Below, in pieces: positions 58,107 through 64,000 of a stretch of DNA of 64,000 nucleotides. The stretch covers positions 1,312,001-1,376,000 of the forward strand of contig CAWJET010000002.1 in NCBI GenBank assembly GCA_963842085.1, written 5' to 3'. Position numbers and translations under genes: made by a program. The notes beneath the pieces were generated by a model that ran no database searches, was not told the origin of the DNA, and saw nothing but the letters and a program-made list of their open reading frames with translations. How positions within the stretch are numbered: position 1 is the stretch's first letter; each line of letters starts with the position of its first letter. The DNA comes from an uncultured delta proteobacterium (GTDB lineage: Bacteria; Desulfobacterota; Binatia; Binatales; Binataceae).

Positions 58107-58787
58107 ATGAATGTGGAGTGCTGGTTGGGGCGATGGGCAAGCGCCGGCCGAATTACCCTTGTGATTGTTCTCCCTGCAACGGTCACGCTCCTTAGTGCCT
58201 GCTGGGAGTGGGACGTTGCTGGTCCACTCATTGGCGTTGGCGCTGCGGGTACCGGGGCGACGATCGTTGCTGTCGAAGGTGCGCCCTCGTCGCGCTCAAG
58301 CGTATCAGTAGAGAGCCAACGTGGCGACAATAGTAATCCAGTCGTGGCGCACTCTGCGAACCCGCAGCCGTTAGACGCTGCGAGCGGTCCGGTTACGGCG
58401 GCTTTGCCCGCCTTTGCTCCGTCCACGACTCCGCCGCGCACCGTCGCGGCCGCAAGACATTCGCGCAACTCGCGTCTGCGTCAACAGCGTAAGAGCAAGA
58501 CTCAAGATGTCGCGCGCTCAGGCAACGCGCGCCGTCCACATCGTAGGGTTGGCCCGCTTGTGACGGGTTCAAAATCGTCGACAACGCTCGCAACTCGCTC
58601 CCCCAACATCGCTGCTGCCAAGGGTCCGCCTAGACCGCGTCTGAGTCACCCGCGAGGCAGTATTACTCGAGTTATTGCCAGCACCGCCAAGCCGCAGCCT
58701 TCGGATCATCGCAGTGGCCCAGTTACCGCGGCTCTACCGGACACCGCGCCGCCTGGAGAGCTCCCGGCCACCACGATCGTTCAGTGA
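58107..58787 (+). CDS. Hypothetical low-complexity lipoprotein-like protein
   Basis: LLSAC lipobox-like; internal repeat PQP....SGPVTAALP twice. Confidence 0.45.
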   Translation: MNVECWLGRWASAGRITLVIVLPATVTLLSACWEWDVAGPLIGVGAAGTGATIVAVEGAPSSRSSVSVESQRGDNSNPVVAHSANPQPLDAASGPVTAALPAFAPSTTPPRTVAAARHSRNSRLRQQRKSKTQDVARSGNARRPHRRVGPLVTGSKSSTTLATRSPNIAAAKGPPRPRLSHPRGSITRVIASTAKPQPSDHRSGPVTAALPDTAPPGELPATTIVQ

Positions 58788-58832
58788 TCCGAACATCGCG
58801 TACGAAGCACTCTCTCCCTCCAGCCCCAAGAG

Positions 58833-58958
58833 GTTCGTCGCGACTTCACCGTCAACGGCTACGTCTTCTTCCCCAAGGGTGACTACGACCAGGTCGAGAT
58901 GGTGCTGGTTGATCACGAAACCGGTGGCATCCAGATCCTCCGCGAACCTTGGCATTGA
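58833..58958 (+). repeat. Second copy of the last 126 bp of the 45830..46507 gene
   Basis: 120/126 identical by manual alignment to 46382-46507, ending at the same TGA. Confidence 0.9.
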
Positions 58959-59400
58959 TCCGCTCATCGCTGTGAACGAAGCCTATTCGCTTTGCTGAAA
59001 AGTCGAAGACCTTCGAAACGGCTCAGTGACGATGAGGCGCGATCACGTGCAGGCCGGCACGCGCATGCCGCGCTCAGCTGAAGGTCGGGCGGCGCGCGGT
59101 TCGCCTTGAAGGCGATCGAAAGGCTGATTTAATGGCGTTGCTTGAACCACCGAGACCTGCGATCAAAGACTGCGCGCGCAGATTTTGGCTTGCCATCAGG
59201 CGGAACCGGCAGCGGTAAAGCAAATCGCGGAACTCTTTTAGGATCGATTCGCCGCGTATGTCGCGTTTCGTTTGCGACCTTCACCAGCGCAATTCCATCG
59301 CAATTCGGATCACCGCCAAAGTTCCGGTTCAGATAAAATTTTTAATTGGGACAGGTCGGCGCTATGTTTGCTACCAGCAGCACGACAAGGAGCACGGCAA

Positions 59401-60771
59401 ATGAGGTTCGGACTCTTCTATGAACATCAACTTCCCCGCCCTTGGAGCGAGCACAGCGAAGAGCAGCTGATTCATCACGCGCTCGAACAGATTGAGCTCG
59501 CCGACCGGCTCGGCTTTCACAGCGTTTGGGAGGTCGAGCACCACTTCCTCGAGGAGTATTCGCATTCGAGCGCGCCTGAAGTGTTTTTGGCCGCCGCAAG
59601 CCAGCGCACCACGAACATCCGCCTCGGACATGGCATCATTCTCACCGCGCCCAGCTACAATCATCCTGCGCGCACCGCGGAGCGGGTCGCGATGCTCGAC
59701 CTGGTCTCCCACGGGCGCGTCGAATTCGGATCGGGTGAATCGGGGTCGCTGTCCGAACTGGGCGGATTCAACCTTGCTCCCGCGCTCAAGCGCGAGATGT
59801 GGCGCGAGGGCCTCGAAGTCGCGATCCGCTGCATGAGCGAGACGCCATTCGCCGGCTTCGACGGCAAGTACGTGCGGATGGAGCCGCGCAACGTGGTGCC
59901 CAAGCCGGTCCAGAAGCCACATCCGCCGTTATGGGTTGCCTGCTCGCGCCGCGAGACCATCCTGCTCGCGGCAGAACTGGGGATCGGCGCGCTGACATTC
60001 TCCTTCATCGACCCGGAAGAGGCGGTCCATTGGATGACGGATTACCGCAAGACGCTCGCCGAGCGTTGCGTGCCGATTGGCCGCGCGATCAATCCAGAAG
60101 TCGCGTGCGTGACGCCGATGATGGTCCATCACGACGAACGCGAGGCGATCATTCGCGGGCTCGAGGGTGGAAATTTCTTCGGCTACTCGCTGGGCCACTT
60201 CTACATCTTCGGCGACCACAAGCCCGGGCGCACCGACGTGTGGGGCGAATTTCAGAAGCGGCGCGCCGAGCGCGGCTTCTCACCGGATGTGGCAGTCGCG
60301 ATGCGCCAGCGGCGGCTTGCCACCCGGCTCGCCGATTCCAGCGGCGCCGAGCAGGGAATCCGGGGCGCCATCGGGACCCCCGAACAGTTGCGCGAGTATC
60401 TTCGTCGGTACGAGGAAGCCGGCGTCGATCAGATGATCTTCGTAATGCAGGCCGGCAAAAATCGGCACGAGCACATCATGGAGGCGGTTGAACTGTTCGC
60501 GCGCGAAGTGTTGCCGGAGTTCGCAGAGCGCGACGACGAAGCGCGCCGCCGCAAGCTCGATCTACTCGCCCCCGCTATCGAGGCGGCGATGAGCCGCAAG
60601 CCGGATCGCGCGCCGACGGTGCGCGACGACTACACGGTGCCGGCGCTGGCTAAGGTGCTGGTCGAGGCGCACGGCGGCCACGAACTGGTCGAGAAGCTGG
60701 CCGGCGATTCCGCGATCGGAATCCCGCGGCCGCGCGATTTGCAGGAACAACTGCTACAGCGCCGGCGCTAG
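59401..60771 (+). CDS. LLM-class flavin-dependent oxidoreductase
   Basis: MRFGLFYEHQLPRPW, VEHHFLEEYSHSSAPE, PKPVQKPHPPLW. Confidence 0.92.
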   Translation: MRFGLFYEHQLPRPWSEHSEEQLIHHALEQIELADRLGFHSVWEVEHHFLEEYSHSSAPEVFLAAASQRTTNIRLGHGIILTAPSYNHPARTAERVAMLDLVSHGRVEFGSGESGSLSELGGFNLAPALKREMWREGLEVAIRCMSETPFAGFDGKYVRMEPRNVVPKPVQKPHPPLWVACSRRETILLAAELGIGALTFSFIDPEEAVHWMTDYRKTLAERCVPIGRAINPEVACVTPMMVHHDEREAIIRGLEGGNFFGYSLGHFYIFGDHKPGRTDVWGEFQKRRAERGFSPDVAVAMRQRRLATRLADSSGAEQGIRGAIGTPEQLREYLRRYEEAGVDQMIFVMQAGKNRHEHIMEAVELFAREVLPEFAERDDEARRRKLDLLAPAIEAAMSRKPDRAPTVRDDYTVPALAKVLVEAHGGHELVEKLAGDSAIGIPRPRDLQEQLLQRRR

Positions 60772-60924
60772 AGTGTCGCAGCGAAGCACGCGCAACGCTT
60801 CACCGGATGCCGTCATGAGCACCACTCACACTCTCGTCGTGAACCGACCGCCGCACCGGGTGACCGTCGATCACTGGCACTGCCGCAAGCGCCAGGAGAC
60901 CGTTCTGGGGAGGTAGCAAAGGAA

Positions 60925-61881
60925 ATGACCAAGCATCCGATTCGATTTGGATTCCAGTCCGGGCAACAAAACGTCACGTGGGAACGGATGCGCGACGTCT
61001 GGGAGAAATTCGACGCTTGGGGCTACGACTCGCTGTGGGCCTTCGATCACTTCTATCCGATCTTCACGCCCGACCCGGCCGGTCCCTGCATGGAGAACTG
61101 GACGCTGCTGAGCGCGCTCAGCCAGCGCACCAGGCGCGCCCGCATCGGCGCGCTCGTCAACGGCAACACCTATCGCAATCCGTGCCTGACCGCGAAGATG
61201 GCGGCCACGCTCGACCACGTAAGCGGCGGCAGGCTCAATCTCGGCCTTGGCGCCGGATGGAATGAGCTCGAGCATCGGAGCTTCGGGATCGACTTCAAAA
61301 CCGTCCACGGGCGCCTCGAAGCGCTCGACGAGTCGTGCCAGATCGTCAAGGGAATGTTCACCCAGGACAGAACCACGGTCGAGGGCACGCACTACCGCGT
61401 GCTCGACGCGGTCTGTAATCCCAAACCGCTCCAGAAGCCGCACATCCCGTTGATGATCGGCGGACGCGGAGAAAGATCCCTCCTCAAGATCGTCGCCAAG
61501 CATGCCGATATGTGGAATACCATGCATGCGAATCCCGCCGAGATGAAACGCCTGATCGACGTTATCGAGCGGCACGGTGACACGGTCGGACGCAACACCG
61601 ACGAAATCGAAAAGACCATCATGATGCCGCTGTGCTACCAGGCGTCTAAGGAGCGCCAGCAGATGATCTCCGCGGGTGTGGCGAGCATGGCGCGGATCAC
61701 GCCCGAGCAGGCGCGCGATCGAATCATGATCGGCGGCAAGGACGAATGCCTCGACAGGATCGCGCAGTACGCCGAGGTCGGCGTCACGCACTTCATCTTC
61801 AGCTTGCGCTGGCCGATTCTCGTCGAGGAAGAGTTTCAGGCGTTCGCCGAAGAAGTCATTCCGGCGAGCCGCCCGCGGTGA
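60925..61881 (+). CDS. LLM-class, probably F420-dependent, oxidoreductase
   Basis: WAFDHF, GNTYRNP, TLDHVSGGRL.LGLGAGW, PKPLQKPH, IGGRGE. Confidence 0.9.
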   Translation: MTKHPIRFGFQSGQQNVTWERMRDVWEKFDAWGYDSLWAFDHFYPIFTPDPAGPCMENWTLLSALSQRTRRARIGALVNGNTYRNPCLTAKMAATLDHVSGGRLNLGLGAGWNELEHRSFGIDFKTVHGRLEALDESCQIVKGMFTQDRTTVEGTHYRVLDAVCNPKPLQKPHIPLMIGGRGERSLLKIVAKHADMWNTMHANPAEMKRLIDVIERHGDTVGRNTDEIEKTIMMPLCYQASKERQQMISAGVASMARITPEQARDRIMIGGKDECLDRIAQYAEVGVTHFIFSLRWPILVEEEFQAFAEEVIPASRPR

Positions 61882-62040
61882 GGACCGGCTCAGCCAGTGG
61901 ATCATCACGCGTCGAGAAGTGCTTACCGTTGGTGCCACCAACTGGGCGCTAGAATGGTATTGGCGCGACGGCTCGTCAAGAATCGAAGAGATCGGAGGTC
62001 ATCATGGAGCAAACCCAATACGAGTGTTAGAGGAAGAATC

Positions 62041-62555
62041 GGCACTGGTTCAATTTGAAAGTTTGCGACTGGATCAATCGAACAGCAACATGACTGTCTG
62101 AAATCGGCTTGAGATTTGGCGACTCCGCATGCCACGATTCTCTAGCAAGGAAACAGTAAACCTCTGGCTTGAACGAACCAAAAGGACACGCGATGAAAGC
62201 GAACCACGTTCACGTCGGCGTTCGTCATCTGCCCGCTGCGCTGGAATGGCCTGAACGAGTTTGGGAGCTCAAGCCAGTGTTTCAGATTCCACAGATGGCG
62301 ATTTACGCGGTTGGCGACTTCAGTCTTTTCGTCGATGCTGAGGCTCACGACTCTCTGGTAACAATCGGATTCGTAAGTGAAGACTGCGACGCCGACTATG
62401 CGCGAGTAGTATCGCGCGGTGCCGTCGTCGTCAGCGCACCGGAGAACAAACCCTACGGCTCGCGAGCCGCCTATGTTAGAGGACCCGCCGCGATGACGTT
62501 CGAGATTGAGCAGCCACTAACGAAGTGAGTCTTCGGGCCAAATTGAACCAGTGCC
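62041..62555. mobile_element. 515-bp cassette bounded by perfect 17-bp terminal inverted repeats
   Basis: GGCACTGGTTCAATTTG (62041-62057) and CAAATTGAACCAGTGCC (62539-62555). Confidence 0.6.
62193..62528 (+). CDS. VOC/glyoxalase family protein
   Basis: NHVHVGV...DCDADYARVVSRGA...PENKPYGSRAAYVRGP..FEIEQ. Confidence 0.85.
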   Translation: MKANHVHVGVRHLPAALEWPERVWELKPVFQIPQMAIYAVGDFSLFVDAEAHDSLVTIGFVSEDCDADYARVVSRGAVVVSAPENKPYGSRAAYVRGPAAMTFEIEQPLTK

Positions 62556-62662
62556 CGAAATCTCGAATCCTTGCGACACATGGGAATTTTCACTATGGAT
62601 ATCTATGAGTCCGCAGATTCATAATGGGAAATCTCGGATGAACCGTCCGGAGAACGATCGTT

Positions 62663-63340
62663 ATGGAGCGCAATGAAGTCAGGCCAACGCGCAATCCTTC
62701 ACTGCACCAGCGAACCCTCGCACAGAGCGAAATTCGAGCCGGCCGCGCACCGTTCTCGAGACTCATCGCGCGCTGGACGATAGCCGCCTGGTTGATGGCG
62801 GGAGTCGTGTTCGCGGCCGGCGCGCCAGCAGCTACGGCGGGCCAAACCGCTTCGGAACAGGGCCTCGGGTCGGTCGACGATTACATGCAGAGCAATCCGG
62901 ACTCTTACGTGCGGAACTATCCGGACTTGGTGGACACTTACGAGAGTCCCCTGTTGGGCATCGCGGTGAAGAGCGGGGCGGGCGGGCTGGAACACGGCAG
63001 CTTGGTAAGCGGAGTAGAGATTCTCACGGTAACTCCCGGCAGCCCCGGCGGAACGGCCGGCTTGCAGGGCTCCCGCCCGGGAGCAGTCCGAACGACGGTT
63101 CTGATCGTCGGGATGGTTGCGGCGGCGGTTTTCTTTCCGCCGGCGATAATGGGCGTGATGGCGCTGAGCGGGATTGGCGAGGCGCACCAGACGATCATCG
63201 CGGTGGATGGAGCGCGCACTCGTGATGTCACCGACTTTGCAGAGGCGATCGAAGAGGCCAGGGCTGGCGAGATAGTATACCTGACCGTTGTCAGTGGCGG
63301 CCGGCGCGAACAAATTCGCGTGGCATTGCCGGTCCAATGA
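62663..63340 (+). CDS. PDZ-domain membrane/secreted protein
   Basis: LLGI, GVEILTVTPGSPGGTAGL, IIAVDG, PDZ split by a hydrophobic insert. Confidence 0.75.
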   Translation: MERNEVRPTRNPSLHQRTLAQSEIRAGRAPFSRLIARWTIAAWLMAGVVFAAGAPAATAGQTASEQGLGSVDDYMQSNPDSYVRNYPDLVDTYESPLLGIAVKSGAGGLEHGSLVSGVEILTVTPGSPGGTAGLQGSRPGAVRTTVLIVGMVAAAVFFPPAIMGVMALSGIGEAHQTIIAVDGARTRDVTDFAEAIEEARAGEIVYLTVVSGGRREQIRVALPVQ

Positions 63341-63439
63341 GTCCCCGTCGGACTTGGTGTAGACGACTGTTTCCGGAACCCGGTTTGAACATTCGTGGCG
63401 ATGGGTAGGCTCCCGGCGGCGTGGCGGACGCTTCGCTCC

Positions 63440-63580
63440 AGGGAAAGGCTTCGGTCAACTGGCCCATTTCGTCGGCGGTCGCCTTGGCCCTACCCTCGAG
63501 TCCGCTCCTGCCGCTCGCCTCGCCGTAGATTTTCGCCCCGATCGGGTTGGCGGTGGCAATCGCCACTGCTGCTGGCATTC
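63440..63580 (-). pseudogene. Fragment resembling the C-terminus of DUF4410-like proteins
   Basis: AVAIATANPIG.KIYGEASGRSGLEGRAKATADE; recognised from memory only. Confidence 0.35.
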
Positions 63581-64000
63581 GTGACCGAGACCGTGCGTTC
63601 GGGTCGGCGTACACCCGGCGCGACAACAAGGTCCGAACCCACGATCTCCAGGAGTCTCCTGAGAGCAGGACAGGAATCGTGCCCTCACGTCCCGTCAGGA
63701 CACTGCCGTCAGGACACCGTGTTCCGGGAGGCCCGTAACTCCGTAGTGCTGGTCGCCTATCACGCGATAAGCGCCATGGTCTGATTGCCCGACGACATCG
63801 GGCTGCGCGGATTGCTCGGCGACTTCCTGCCGCAGAAAGCCGAGAGAGGCGGGTCATAGCGCGCGTGTGTCGGGTTGGTTTCAGAGAATCGAACTGCCGC
63901 CGCCGCTTGCGTGGTGAGCGTGCGCATGCGCCTGCAACCTGTATCAGTCATCATGCGCACGCTTCTCTCTCGATGTCGGTTAATTGAGCGCCTGCGTCAT

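Noticed and set aside
46382-58958. 126-bp repeat as a DGR template/variable repeat pair
   Set aside because: Mismatches (G/C, A/G, C/G, G/A, C/T, T/C) are not adenine-specific and no reverse transcriptase is in the window.

Overview
GC-rich bacterial window. The gene mix (LLM oxidoreductases, S53 peptidase, NHL/FecR proteins) resembles Candidatus Binatota or related soil taxa, but this is an impression only. There are four blocks. (1) 1-7.3 kb: a phage/satellite-like module with a CI-like repressor that appears to lack its autocleavage residues, a Cro-like HTH, ERF annealase, YqaJ exonuclease, HNH protein and a P-loop helicase-like gene, followed by a perfect 28-bp inverted iteron pair (candidate ori). 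No integrase or virion genes are in view. (2) 7.6-16.2 kb (minus strand): a complete lasso-peptide cluster (RRE, cyclase, precursor, HPr-like kinase, an in-frame B2'-kinase chimera, B2 peptidase, nucleotidyltransferase, ABC exporter). The predicted core lacks the C-terminal Ser that paeninodin-type kinases modify. (3) 16.3-44.7 kb (minus strand): a Wzx/Wzy-type polysaccharide locus (wza, wzc, ligase-TPR, rfbFG, epimerase/reductase, wzx, glycosyl- and methyltransferases, GDP-mannose 3,5-epimerase-like, WecA-like) that runs directly into the lasso genes. (4) 44.8-64 kb: an accessory region with many gene fragments, an IS3 remnant, a TIR-flanked VOC cassette and several metabolic genes. The best candidate for a new system is the polysaccharide-linked lasso peptide with two kinases and a nucleotidyltransferase.
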